The position numbers were made by a program, and so were the translations under genes. From assembly GCF_009914755.1 (NCBI RefSeq), contig NC_060947.1: DNA of 64,000 bases; one strand, given 5' to 3'. The stretch comes from the human T2T-CHM13v2.0 reference genome, Homo sapiens. The first letter of the stretch is position 1. The number at the start of each line of letters is the position of its first letter. The notes beneath the pieces are model-generated. The model saw only the letters and a program-made list of their open reading frames with translations. It searched no databases and had not been told where the DNA came from. Below, in pieces: positions 39,639 through 60,110 of the stretch.

Positions 39639-40168
39639 TTATTATCTCCAATCAGGCTTTCTCATTTCTTTTCAATATGGATAGGCTGAAAAGTTTCCAA
39701 ATTTTTAAGTTCTGCTTCCATTTTGATTAACAATTCCATTCTTAAATCATTTCTCTCTTCTCTCATTTGACTATAACCAGGCAAAAGGAACAGGTTGCTC
39801 CTTCAACACTCTGCTTAGAATTAGCTTCAGCTAGTCATGGAAGAGTGAGTAGAATGGTGATTGGGCATTGGGAGATATTGATCAAAGAATAAAAATTTTC
39901 ATTTAAACAGGAGGAATAGGTTCAAAAGATCTGTGGTACAACATAATGACTATGGTTAACAGCAATGTATTGTATACCTGGAAATCACTAAAGGAGTAGA
40001 TTTTAAGTGTTCTCACCACACACAAAAATGTTAAGTATGTGAGGTAATGCATATATTCATTAGCTAGGTGTAGCCATTTCAAAATGTATACATATTTTGA
40101 AACATCAGGATGTACTCCATAAATATTTCTATTTTTATTTGTCAATTTCAAAAAAAAAAAAAGAAATG

Positions 40169-40488
<320 letters not shown>

Positions 40489-42939
40489 TTAAATATCCAA
40501 TTTCATTGCTCACAAGTTCTAACTTCCATGGAACACTAGGACATAGACATTGTGGAATGATTATATCAAGCTAATTAACATATCCATCACCTAGCACACT
40601 TATTGTTTTTGTAGTGAAAACATTTAAAATCTATTTTTTAAGCAATTTTGGAATATACAATACATTATTACTAACTATAGTCACTATGCTTTGCAATAGA
40701 TACTGAAAACTTATTACTTCTAACTGAGACCTTATACTCTTTGATCAACATCTCCCCATTCCCCACCTTCACTCATCCACTCCCTGATAACCACCATTCT
40801 ACTCTCTACTTCTGTAAGTTGGAGTTTTTGGTTCCACATATAAGGAAGATCATGTAATATTTATCTTTCCATGGCTGGTTTATTTTACTTAGCATAAATG
40901 AAGGTATGTTCCATCTATGCATAATTAGCTCAGAATTTTTATCATTAAGGGATGTTGAATTTTATTAAATGCTTTTCTGCATCTATTAAGATGACCATAT
41001 TTTTTTCCATCATTCTATTGGTGTTATGTATCACATTTATTGATTTGCGTATGTTGAGCTATCCTTGCATCCCTGGAATAAATCCCATTTGATTATGGTG
41101 TATTCTTTTTTTGGTGTGTTATTGGATTTGATTTGCTTGTATTTTATTGAGCATTTTTGCTTATATGTTCATCATGGATATTGGCCCGTAGCTTTCTTTT
41201 TTGTTGTGTTTATGCCTGATTTTTGAATTAGAGTAATGCTAGTCTCATAGAATAAATTCTGCTTAACATTTTAAGAATCATTTGAGAAGAATTGGTATTA
41301 CTTCTTTATATGTTTGGTAGAATGTGGCAGTGAAGCTATTCAGACCTAGGATTTTCTTTCTTAGAAGACTTTTTATTACTGGTGTAATCTCATTGCTCAT
41401 TATTGATATGTTCAGGTTTTTTCTTCTTGATTCAATCTTGGTAGGTCATTTGTGTCCAAATATTTATCCATTTCTTCTAGGATTTTCAGTTTGTTAGCAT
41501 ATGGTTGTTCATAATAGACTCTATGATCTTTTGTATTTCTGTAGTATCCATTGTAATAAATCCTCTTTGTTTCTGATTTTGTTTATTTGGGTCTTTTTTT
41601 TTTTGGTTAGTCTAGCTGGTAGTTTATCAATTTTGTTTATCTTCTCAAAAAACCTTTTCGAATTAGGAGGGCAGAGGAAGATGGTGGAATAGAAGCCTAC
41701 ACCATTCTTCCCCCGACCCCAACTGGAACACCAAATTTTAACAATTATCTGCATACAGAAAAGCACCATCACAAGAACAAAAAATCAGGTGAGCAATCAC
41801 AGTACCTGGATTTAGCTTCATATCTCTGAAAGAGGCATTGAGGAGGGCAGGAGAGACAGTCTTGAATTGCCGACACCATACCTCTCCCATCCTCTGGCAG
41901 TGTCTGTGTGGTGCAGAGAGATAATCTGTGTACTTTGGAGAGGGAGAGTGCAGCAGACTGGGACGACTTCACATTGAACTCAGTGCTGCCCTGTTGTAGC
42001 AGAGAATAAAGCTGTACTAGGCTCAGCCAGCACCTGCACATGGAGGAAGCATTTGGACCAGAGGGAAGTCAGCCATCTGAGTGGTCAGAACTTGAGTTTC
42101 TCAGCAAGCCTCACCACCATGGGCTGAAGTGCTCTGGGGTCCTAGGTAAACTTGAAATGCGGTCTAGGACATGGGAACTGCCATTCCTAGGCAAATCCTA
42201 GTGTCCGGCTGGGCTTAGAGCCAGGGAGACACCAGCTGGGGTAGCTAAGGGAGTGCTTGTGCCATTCTTCCCCCAACCCTAGGCAGTGCAGCTCAAGGCA
42301 ATGAAAGTGACTCCCTCCTTCTGTTTAAGGAGAGGAGACTGAAGAGTAAGCAGGACTTTGTCTTGCATCTTGGATACCAGCTCAGCTACAGTAGGACAGG
42401 GCATTGGACAGAGTTGTGAGGCCCCCATTCTGGGCCCTAACTCCTGAATGACATTTCTAGATACATACTGGGCCAAAAGGGAACCCAGTGCCTTGAAGGG
42501 AAGGACCCAGTCCTGCAGGATTCATCATGTGCTGACTAAAGAGCCCTTAGGCCCTGAATAACCAGCAGTAATATGCAGGGAGTATGCTGTGGGCCTCGAG
42601 CTCTGAGATGTACTGGCTTCAGGTGTGACCCAGCACATTCCCAGCTGTGACGGCTAAGGTGAAAGACTCCTTCTGTTTGAGAAAAGCAGAGGGAAAAGTA
42701 AAGGAGACTTTGCCTTGAACTTTAGGTACCAGCTCAGCTACAATGAGGTAGAACAACATGCAGGCTCTTGGGTTCCCTGAGTCCAGGCCTAGGCTCTTGG
42801 ACAGCATTTCTGGACCTGCCCTGGGCCAGAGGGGAGCCCAATGCTTGAAGGGTGAATCCCAGGCCAGGCAGCATTCACCAAAAGCTGACAGAAGAGCCCT
42901 TGGGCTTTACTTGAATACCAGTCAGAATGGCTATTATTA

Positions 42940-43247
<308 letters not shown>

Positions 43248-43570
43248 CTTCTGCACAGCAAAGGAAACAATCAACAAAGTGAAGAGACAATACACAGAAT
43301 GGGAAAAAATACATTTGCTAACTACTCATCTGACAAGGGAATTGATTAATAACCAGAATAAACAAGGAGCTCAAACAACTGTATTGGAAAAAAATCTAAT
43401 ACTCCAATAAAAAAATGGGCAAAAGATTTGAATAGGCATTTCTCAAAAGAAGACACACAAATGACAAACAGGCATATGAAAAGGTGCTCAATATCACTGA
43501 CCATCAGAGAAATGCAAATCAAAACTATAGTGAGATATTATCTCACTTCAGTTAAAATGGCTTTTACCCA

Positions 43571-44059
43571 GGCAGAACCAAGACTGCTATGGTTGCTGTT
43601 TGCGGTGGTCTAGGGAGGAAGAAGTTGACACACCTGGTAACGGCTGCTGTCAGCCTTACACATCCCGGGACTCCCATGGTGCTTTCGAGAAGGGGTTATT
43701 CACAATATAAACAGGTATCCAGCATTGAGGACCTGCCCACTCCAATGGAAAACCCTTATAAAGAATCTCTTAAGAAGTGTGTCTTGTGTGGAAAGCATGT
43801 AAATTATAAGAATGCACAGCTTTTGTCCCAGTTTGTTTCTCCATTTACTGGATGCATTTATGGAAGGCACGTTACAGGTCTTTGTGGGAAGAAACAGAAA
43901 GAAATCACAAAAGCAATTAAGAGAGCTCAAATAATGGGGTTTATGCCAGTTACATACAAAGATCCTGCATATCTCAAGGACCCTAAAGTTTGTAACATCA
44001 GATATCAGGAATAAATTCTATCACATTACCACCAATAAACTTATTTTACAGTAAAAAAA
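43571..44059 (+). pseudogene. MRPS18C: Processed retrocopy of mitochondrial ribosomal protein S18C (bS18m); open ORF 43589-44014 (141 aa)
   Basis: [77 protein letters not shown]; intronless, AATAAA at 44034-44039, polyA, TSD aaaa(t/a)ggctttta(c/t)cca at 43554-43570 and 44060-44076. Symbol is the parent gene. Confidence 0.96.
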
Positions 44060-44378
44060 AAAAAGGCTTTTATCCAAAAGTCAGGCAATAACAAATGCTG
44101 GTGAGGTTGTGGAGAAAAGGGAACACTAATACACTGTTGGTGGGAATGTAAATTAGTACAACTACTAAGGAGAACAGTTTGGAGGTTTCTCAATAAAACT
44201 AAAAATAGAGCTACCATGATCCAGCAATCTTACTGCTGGGTCTATACCCAAAAGAAAGGAAATCAGTATATTAAAGACTTATGTGCACTCTCATGCTTGT
44301 TGCAGCACTGTTTACAATAGCTAAGATTTGGAAACAACCTAAGTATCCATCAACAGATGAATGGATAAAGAGAATGTG

Positions 44379-44744
<366 letters not shown>

Positions 44745-44763
44745 TTAGGTTGTTTATTTGTGA

Positions 44764-45102
<339 letters not shown>

Positions 45103-45376
45103 TGAATGTAGGTGTTTATTGCTATAAAATTTCCTCTTTGCTGAATCCCATAAGTTTTGGTATGTTTTGTTTCCATTTTTGTTTGTCTCAAGATATTTTT
45201 AAATTTTGTCTTTATTTATTGACCAATTGGTTGTTTAGGAACATGTTGTTTAATTTTCATTTATTTGTGAATTTCCCAAAATTCTTTTTATTATTTATTT
45301 CTAGTTTCATACCTTTCTGGTTGAAAAAGACACTTGATAGTATTTCAATCTAATTAAATTTGTTAAGACTAGTTTT

Positions 45377-45673
45377 GGCCAGATGCGGTGGCTCACGCCT
45401 GTAATCCCAGCACTTTGGGAGGCCGAGGCGGGCGGATCACCTGAGGTCAGGAGTTCAAGACAAGCCTGACCAACATGGAGAAACCTCATCTCTACTAAAA
45501 ATACAAAAATCAGCCGGGCCTAGTGGCGCATGCCTGTAATCCTAGCTACTTGTGAGTCTAGTGCAGGAGAATTGCTTGAACCCAGGAGGCGGAGGTTGCA
45601 GTGAGCCAAGATCATGCCATCGCACTCCAGCCTGGGCAACAAGAGCAAAACTCCATCTCAAAAAAAAAAAAAA
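45377..45673 (+). mobile_element. AluSp-like
   Basis: TSD aagact(a/t)gttttg. Confidence 0.95.
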
Positions 45674-46042
45674 GACTTGTTTTGTGACCTAACGTATGCT
45701 GTACCCTGGAGAATGTTTTGTGTGCTCTTGAGAAGAATGTGTATTCTGTTGCTATTGAATGGAATGTTTTTTATATGTCTGCTATGTCCGTTTGGTCTAA
45801 AGCGTATTTCAAGTCTAACATTCCCTTATTAATTTCCTGACTTGATGATCTGTCCATTGTTGAAAGTAGGATATTGAAGTTTCCTAATATTATTATATTA
45901 TAGTCTATCTCTGTCTTTGGATCTATTAACATTAGCTTTATATATGTAGGTGCTCCAATGTTGTATGCATATATATTTAAAATTGTTATATCTTCTTGAT
46001 AAATTGTTTCCTTTATCATTATATAACGACCCTCTTAGTCTC

Positions 46043-46470
46043 TGTATTAGTCCATTCTCATATTGCTATACAGAAATACCTGAGACTGGGTAATCTATAA
46101 AGAAAAGAAGTTTAATTGGCTCACAGTTCTGCAGGCTGTACAGGATGCATGCTGCTGGCATCTGCTTGGCTTCTGGGGAGACCTCAGGAAACTTACAATC
46201 ATGGCAGAAGGCTAAGGCAGAGCAGTCATGTCACCAGAGCAAGAGCAAGAGCAAGAGAGAGAGGGCCAGAGTTGCCACACACTTTTAAACAACCAGATCT
46301 CACAAGAACCCACTCACTATCACAAGGACAGTATCAAGGGGGATGGTGCAAAACCATTCATGAGAAATCCTCTGCCATGATCCAAAAACCTCCCATTAGG
46401 CCGCACCTCCAACATTAGGGATTACAATTCAACATGAGATTTGGTGGGGACACAGATCCAAACAATATCA
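46043..46470 (-). mobile_element. MaLR solo LTR, MSTA type
   Basis: tgtattagtccattctc...acacagatccaaacaatatca; TSD gtctc/gtctt. Confidence 0.88.
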
Positions 46471-46715
46471 GTCTTGTTTTAGTTTTTGACCTAAAGTTTA
46501 TTTTTTCTTAAATAAGTATCACTACCCCTGTTCTCTTTTGGTTTTCATTTGCATAGAATGTCTTTTCCCATCCTTTCACTTTCAATCCATGTGTGACCTT
46601 AAAAGTTAAGTGAGTCTCTTCTAGGGAACACATAGTTGGGTCTTGTTTTTTATTCATTCAGTCACTCTATGCCTTTTGATTGGAGAATTTAATCAAGATA
46701 ATTATTGATAGATAA

Positions 46716-47178
<463 letters not shown>

Positions 47179-47499
47179 TAGGTTTCTGTTTTGTGGTTAC
47201 CATGAGGCTTACATAAAACATCTTACAGATGGAACAAGCTAGTTTGAGCTGATGACAACTTAACTTTGATCACATTAAACAATTGTAAACTTTAACTCCA
47301 CCCTGCACACATTTTATGTGTACAATGATACAATTTACGTCTTTTATATTGTATATCCCTTAACAAATTATTGTAGCTATTATGTTTTTAAGCTTTAAAA
47401 ACACTGATCATATTTCAGATTATTGCACACTGAGATGGTCTTTCTGCCAGCACTTCATGGTTACACCGTATCATTTGCAACTGTGCTTTTGTATGGCTT

Positions 47500-49530
<2,031 letters not shown>

Positions 49531-51128
49531 GAGCCTCTCAAACCTTTACTGTGGATGTGCATGCTCACAGTTATACACATTCTCCCAATCTCATAGAGTC
49601 CTGTTGGCAACAGTAAGCTACCTTCTTTTTCCTAGGGCAGTACACTGAAAGGCTGTAACATTGGATGCATGCTCCACTCCTCTCCCTCCCTCCTGAGGAA
49701 GAAGTCTCGGGGTCCCGTTCCTTCTCCTGATCCTACAGAACTGTACTGGCTGCGGTATGCTGTCCACCTTTTATCTTTTCTCTTGGCTGCCCCCAGGTGT
49801 TCAAACTATGCCAGTTCCCTCAGAAATCTCATACTGGAGATTGGTTGAGATAGGACAGAAACAGGTCCCTCAGGTAGTGCCTCAAAATACTAAGGATGTT
49901 GAATGCATGTTCCACTACATCTTCCTCCTGAAGAAGAAGTCGTGGGCTGAGACCATCTCTCTCAGCACTGAGCTGGCCCAGTGTAAGGGGGTGGCTTACG
50001 CAGGTAAAGTGAAATTCCTTTTCTTACTTGTTTCAATGTGGCTGTTACTGATTTTGTGCTTTTTTGAAGAACGACAATTTCTTAACTGGATTCTGAATTA
50101 CTAATAAAGGTATTTTGGTCTCTGTATTGTTAAATTGGTGTTTCTGTGGTGGGATCAGGGCTAGGACTTCCTATTCTGCCACTTTGCTGACATCACTCCT
50201 AGATCTTACTTATCTAATAGAAACACTTACAAGCATATATTTCCATCTAAGCACTATTTTTACTAAATCCCATAAAATTTAATTTGTTGTGTGTTTCATT
50301 TTCATTTTGTTCAAAACAGTTTTCTAATTTCCCTTATGATTTATTTCTTTACCCATGGATTATTTGGAGTGTGTTGTTTAATTTCCAAATTTTTATTGAT
50401 ACATAATATTTGTACATATTTATGAGGTACATGTGATATTTTGTTACCTGCATGTATGTGTAATGATCAAGTTGGAGTATTTAGGGTATGCATCACCTCA
50501 AGTATTTATCATTTCTATGTGTTGGGGACATTACAAGTCCTCTCTTCTAGCTATTTTGAAATATACAATACATTGTTGTTAACTGTAGTTATCCTACTCT
50601 GTTATTGAACATTGGAACTTATTCCTTCTGTATAACTGTATGTTTGTACCCATTAACCAACCTCTCGGTTCATCTCCCTAACACATATCCTTCTCAACCT
50701 CTAATATATATCATTTTACTTTCTACCTCCAGATCAACTTTTTTAGCTCCCACATATGGGTGAGAACATGTGATATTTGTATTTTGGTGGTTGGTTTATT
50801 TCACTAAGCATAATGACCTCCAATACCATCCATGTTGCTATAAATGACATGATTTCATTTTTTATGGCCAAATAATATTATACTGTGTATACATACCACA
50901 TTTTCTTTATCCATTCATCTGTTGATGGACACTTACCTTGAGTCTATATCTTTGCTATTGTAAGCAGTCCTGCAATAAACATGGGGGGGTGCAGGTATTC
51001 TTTAATATGCTAATTTAATTTCCTTTGGATAAATACCCAGTAGTGGGATTGCTAGATCATATCTTAGTTCTATTTTTAGTTTTTTGAGAGATCTCCATAC
51101 TGTTTTTCATAGTGGCTGTATTAATTTA

Positions 51129-51545
<417 letters not shown>

Positions 51546-51797
51546 TTAGCGATGTTAAGCATTTTTTACATATAAAATTAGCAATGTTGAGCATTTTTTA
51601 CATATAATTATTGGCCATTTGTATGTCTTCTTTTAAAAAATGCCTATGCATGTCTTTTGCCCACTTTTTAATGGGATTATTTTTTGTTATTTTTAAATGG
51701 TTTGTGTTTCTTGTATATTCTTGATATTAGTCCTTGTCAGATAAATAATTTGCAAATATTTTCTGCCATTTAACAGTTTGTCTCTTCACTCTGTTGA

Positions 51798-52115
<318 letters not shown>

Positions 52116-53746
52116 TGCAGAAGCTTTTTAGTTTAATATAGTCCCGTTTGTCTATTTTTGTTTTTGTTTCCCAGGCTTTTGAGGTCCTGGCCATAACATC
52201 TTTGTCTAGACCAATGTCCTGAAGTTTTCCTCCTATGGTTGCTTCTAGTGGTTATAGAGATTCAGGTCTTATGTTTAAGTATTTAATCCGTCTTAAGTTA
52301 ATTTTTTAATATGGTGAAAGATAGGGGTGCAGTTTCATCTTTCTGCATATGGATATGCAATTTCCCCAGCATCTTTATTGAAGAGAAAAGTGTTCTTTCC
52401 CCAACGTATGTTCTTGGCACCTTTGTTGAAAATCAGTTGGCTGTAAATATGTGGATTTATTTCTGTGTCTCGATTCTGCTCCATTAGTCTGTGTGTCTGT
52501 TTTTATGCCAATACCATGCTGTTTGGGGTAATATAGCCTCGTAATATATGTTGAGGTCAAGTAGCGTAATGCCTTCAGCTTTGTTCTTTTTTGTTGGGAT
52601 TTCCTTGGCTATTTGGGGTCTTTTGTGATTCCATACAAGTTTTAGAAATGTTTTTTCTATTTCTATGAAAAAAATGACTTTAGTATTTTGATAAAGATTG
52701 CATTAAATCTGTAGATTGCTTTGGATAGTATGGTCATTTTAATGATATTAATTCTTCCGATCCAAGAGCATGGGATACCTTTCCATTTATTTGTGTCCTC
52801 TTCTATTTCTTTTATCACTGTTTTGCAGTTTTCCTTGTGGAGATCTTTCACCTCCTTGGATAAACTTATTCCTAGGTATTTTTGTACCTATTTTAAATGG
52901 GATTGCCTTCTTGATTTCTTCCTCAGCTGGTTTCATTGGTGTATGGAAATGCTACTGATTTTTGTTAGTTAATTTTGTGTCTGTGACTTTCCTTAGGTTT
53001 TTCTATGTATAAGATTATGTCACATGCAAAGAAGGACGATTTGACCTCCTCTTTTCCAATTTGGATGCTTTTTACTTCTTTCCCTTCTGTTATTATGCTG
53101 GCTAGGACTTCCAGTACTATGTGAAGTGGTGGAGTGGTGAAAGTGGGCATCCTTGTCTTGTTCCATTTCTTAGAGAAAAGGATTTCAGCTTTTCTCCATT
53201 CAGTGTGATGTTATCTGTTGGTTTGTCATACATGGCCTTTATTATGTTGAGATATGTTCCTTCTATGCCTAGTTTCTTGAGAGTTATTTATCATGAAATA
53301 ACAACGAATTGTATCAAATGCTTTTTCTATTGAGATGATCGTATAGTTTTGGTGCTTCATTCTGTTGATGTGATATGCATCTGTTAAATCACCCTTGCAT
53401 CCCTGGGATAAATCTCAATTGATCATGGTGCACTATATTTTTAATGTTCTGTTGGATTCAGTTTGATAGTATTTTCTTGAGCATTTTTGCTTCTATGTTC
53501 ATCAGGGATATTGGCCTCTAGTTTTTTATTTGTTGTTGTTGCATCCTTGTCTGGTTTTGGTAACAGGGTAATGCTGGCCTTGTAGAATGAGACGGAAAAT
53601 CCTCTTGTCTTCCGTCTTTTGGAATAGTTTGAGGAGCTTTGGTGTTAGTTCTTCTCTGTATATTAGGTAAAATTTGGCAGTGAAGACATCTGGTCTAGTC
53701 TTTTTTGTTGTTGTTTTGCGGAGACTTTTTTTTATTACTAGCTTAA

Positions 53747-55018
<1,272 letters not shown>

Positions 55019-56431
55019 CAATGTGTGTCTAATTTTTTAAGTTTTGCTATGCTCTTTATTATTTCTTTTCTTCTAATTTTGGATTTGGTTCTTTCCTGCT
55101 TTTCTATTTCTTTGAAGTGCATCATTAGATTGTTTATTTAAAATCTTTTTGCTTTTCTAATGAAGGTGCTTATTGTTATAAACTTCCCTCTTAGTGCTGC
55201 TTTTGCCATACCCCATAGGTTTTGATATGTTGAGTTTTAATTCTCACTTGCTTTTTTCTTAATTTTTAGTTTCTGTGGGTATGTGGTAGGTATATATTTT
55301 GGGGGCACATAAGATATTTTGATGCAGGCATCTAGTATGTAATATTCACATCAGGGTAAATGGTGTATCCCAATTTTCATTTATTTTAATAAATTTTTGA
55401 TTGCCTCCTTAATTTCTCAAATATTATTCAGGAGCATGTTGTTTAATTTCCATGTATTTATACAGTTGCCAAATTTGCTCTTGTTATTGATTTCTAGTTT
55501 TATTCCATTGAGGTCTGAGAAGATACCTGATATAATTTCAAATTTTTAAAAATTATTGAGACTTGTTTTGTGGCCTACAATATGGTCTATCCTGGAGAAT
55601 ACTTCATGTGCTGAGAAGAATGTGTATTTTGTAGCTGTTGGATGATATGCTCTGTAAATATCTGTTCGGTCCATTTGGTCTATAGTGCCAATTAAGTTCA
55701 ATGTTTCATTGTTGATTTTCTGAATAGATCTGTGTAATGTTGACACAGCGGGGTTGAAGTCCTATTATTGTATTGGAATCTATCTCTCCCTTTAGATCTA
55801 ATATTTTCTTTATATATCTGTTCCAGCATTAGGTGCATATATGTTTAGAATTATTACATCGTCTTGCAGAATTGATCCCTTTATCATTATATAATGACCT
55901 TCTTTGTGCCTGTTTACTGTTTTTGGCCTAATGTCTGTTTTATCTGATGTAAGTATAGCTACTCTGCTTGCTTTTGGTTTCTGCTTACATGGAATATCTT
56001 TTTCCATCCCTTATTTTCAGTCTATATGTGTCTTTATAGGTCAGATGAGTCTCTTATAGGTAACATATAGTTGAGTCATGTTTTGCTATCCATTCAGCCA
56101 TAACTTTTAAGTGAAAATTTTCATTTATTTACATTCAAGATTATTATCAACATGCAAAGGATTATTCCTGTCATTCTATTAATTGATTTCTGGTTGTTTT
56201 GTGTATTCTTTGTTCCTTTCTTTCTCTCATTGTTTATCTTTGTGGTTTGGTGGTATTCTGTAGTGGTAATGTTTGAGTTTTTTCTCTTCCTTTTTTTTGT
56301 TTGCTTTACCAGTAGCTTTTATACTTTTGTGCGTTTCATGATGATAATTATTGTTCTTTTGCTTCTGGGCGTCGTATTTCCTTAAGCAGCATTTCTTTTT
56401 TCTTTTTTCTTTTTTCTTTTTTTTTTTTTTT

Positions 56432-56714
56432 TTTGAGATGAGTCTCTCTGTAGCCCAGGCTGGAGTGCAGAGGCGCAATCTTGGCTCACTGCAACCTCTG
56501 CTTCCCGGGTTCAAGCAATTCTCCTGCCCAGCCTCCTGAGTAGCTGGAATTATAGGTGCGTGCCACCATGCCCAGCTAAATTTTTTTGTAGTTTTAGTAG
56601 AGACGGGGTTTCACCATGTTGGCCAGGCTGGTCTTGAACTCCTGACCTCATGATCCACCCGCCTCAACCTTCCAAAGTGTTGGGATTACAGGTGTGAGCC
56701 ACCACACCTGGCCC
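56432..56714 (-). mobile_element. AluS
   Basis: Antisense Alu, TSD agcatttctt. Confidence 0.95.
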
Positions 56715-57255
56715 ATGAGCATTTCTTAAAAGGCCAGTCTAGTGGTGATTAATCCCTCAGCTTCTCTAGGAAAGACTTTATTTCTCCTTCATTTATGAAG
56801 GATAGCTTGACCGGGTGTAATATTTGTCTGACAGTTTTGTTCTTTCATCATTCAAATATATCATCCTGTTCTCTTCTGGCCTGTAAGGTTTCTGCTGAGA
56901 AATCTGCTGTTGTTCTGATGGGGGTTCCCTTATAAGTGACTAGCTACTTTATTCTTGCTGTTTTTAGAATTTTCTCTTTGTCTTTTGGCAGTTTGATGTG
57001 CCATGGATACCTTTTAAATTGTATCTGTTTGGGGATCTTTGAGCCTCATGTGTCCAGATGTCTAAAACTCTTGCTAGGCTTGGGAAGTTTCCATCTGTTA
57101 TTTCATTACATAGATTTTCTAACCCTTTCATTTTCTCTTCACCTTCTGGGACACAGAAAATTCGAATATTTGGTTGCTTCATGGTGTCCCATGTATCATA
57201 TGGCTTTGTGCCTCTTCTTCCTCCTTTGCCTCCTCCTCCTCCTTCTTCATCTTCT

Positions 57256-57577
<322 letters not shown>

Positions 57578-57670
57578 TGAGTTATTTCAAAAGACCTGTC
57601 TTTGAGTTCTGAGATTTTTTTCTTCTGCTTGATCTAATCTATTGTTGAAGCCTTCAAATATATTTTGCTA

Positions 57671-57965
<295 letters not shown>

Positions 57966-58429
57966 TTATATCCAGAGCTGTTTTTCTGATTTCTTTGTCT
58001 TATTTTTCAGTATTCTCTTATGTCTTACAGTGCTTCTTTAGAATTGACATTTTGAATTATTTTTCCAGGTTTTGTACATTTCTTTTTGATTGAGATCTCT
58101 TGCTAGAGAATTATTATCTTCCTTCGGAGGTGTCATATTTATTTCCTTTTTCATGTTTCCTGTGTCCTTACATTGACATCTGTACATCTGGAGTAACAGG
58201 CACTTCTTCCATTTATTTGAATTTGCTTTCATAGGGGAGGACTTTTTGCTGAAGATGTATCTATGATGTCCCTACAATAAGAAAAAGGCTAAACAGGAGC
58301 AAAGGCAGAGGGAAGAACAATTAGGATGCTACTGAAATTATTTAAGTAAGAGATGAATTAGATCAGCATGATAACAGTGAAAGTGTTAAGAAGTCAGAAT
58401 GTAGATATATTTTAAACTAAGAATCAAAT

Positions 58430-59269
<840 letters not shown>

Positions 59270-60110
59270 TTATATACCACAAAACTGACTTTCAAGTATA
59301 AACAACACAGAAAAGCTCTTATGCAAAAACTCAGGGAATATTTTTCCCATGAAACCTTCCTGAAGAATCTACCAAAAAACCAGGCCCAGATAACCAGATC
59401 CAGATAACCAGATATATGTTTATAACCAAGCATAGGACTGGTTGTAAGCATGAAATGTATAATTATTATAGAACTAAGAATAAACATGTGTTAAGAGAGA
59501 GAGAATATATTATGTAGGCTATGTGCTCTGACAATATAGATATTGTATGACTATTTTTAAAAATTGGTAGTAGAGAATGGAGAGATCATATGCCCAAAAT
59601 ATTTTAATATCTCCAGTATTTATATTGGTAGTATTATTAGTATAAATTTAAATGGTAAAAAATTAAAAAGATGATGAAGGAAAGGTACATGGATTTGTGG
59701 ACAATAACAACTATAGTGCCTAAGGAAGTGACATTGGGATGATAAAACTACAACAAACTTACAAGAAATTAATTGGTATAAAAACCAGGATAGTAGTTAC
59801 TTATTATGGATAGTGGGGACTATGATTGGGATGTGGCACATAGAAGGGGCTTCCTGGGTGACTGGCAAAGTTCTATTTCATATCTGGGTGCTTTTCACCT
59901 TTTAGTAATTCATTAAGCCATATATTTGATCCATGTGGTTTTCTGTTTCTATGTTTTGTTTCATAATACAAAGATTATTTTTAAAAAGAGTCTCAGAAAC
60001 AGATGAAGCAGTTATCTCCTTTTTTCTGTAGCTATAAATAGTCACTATTCTTTATCCCAGACAATTTAAAACAATCTGACTTGTTAAAATGTTAGGTTTA
60101 AAACTCTCAC

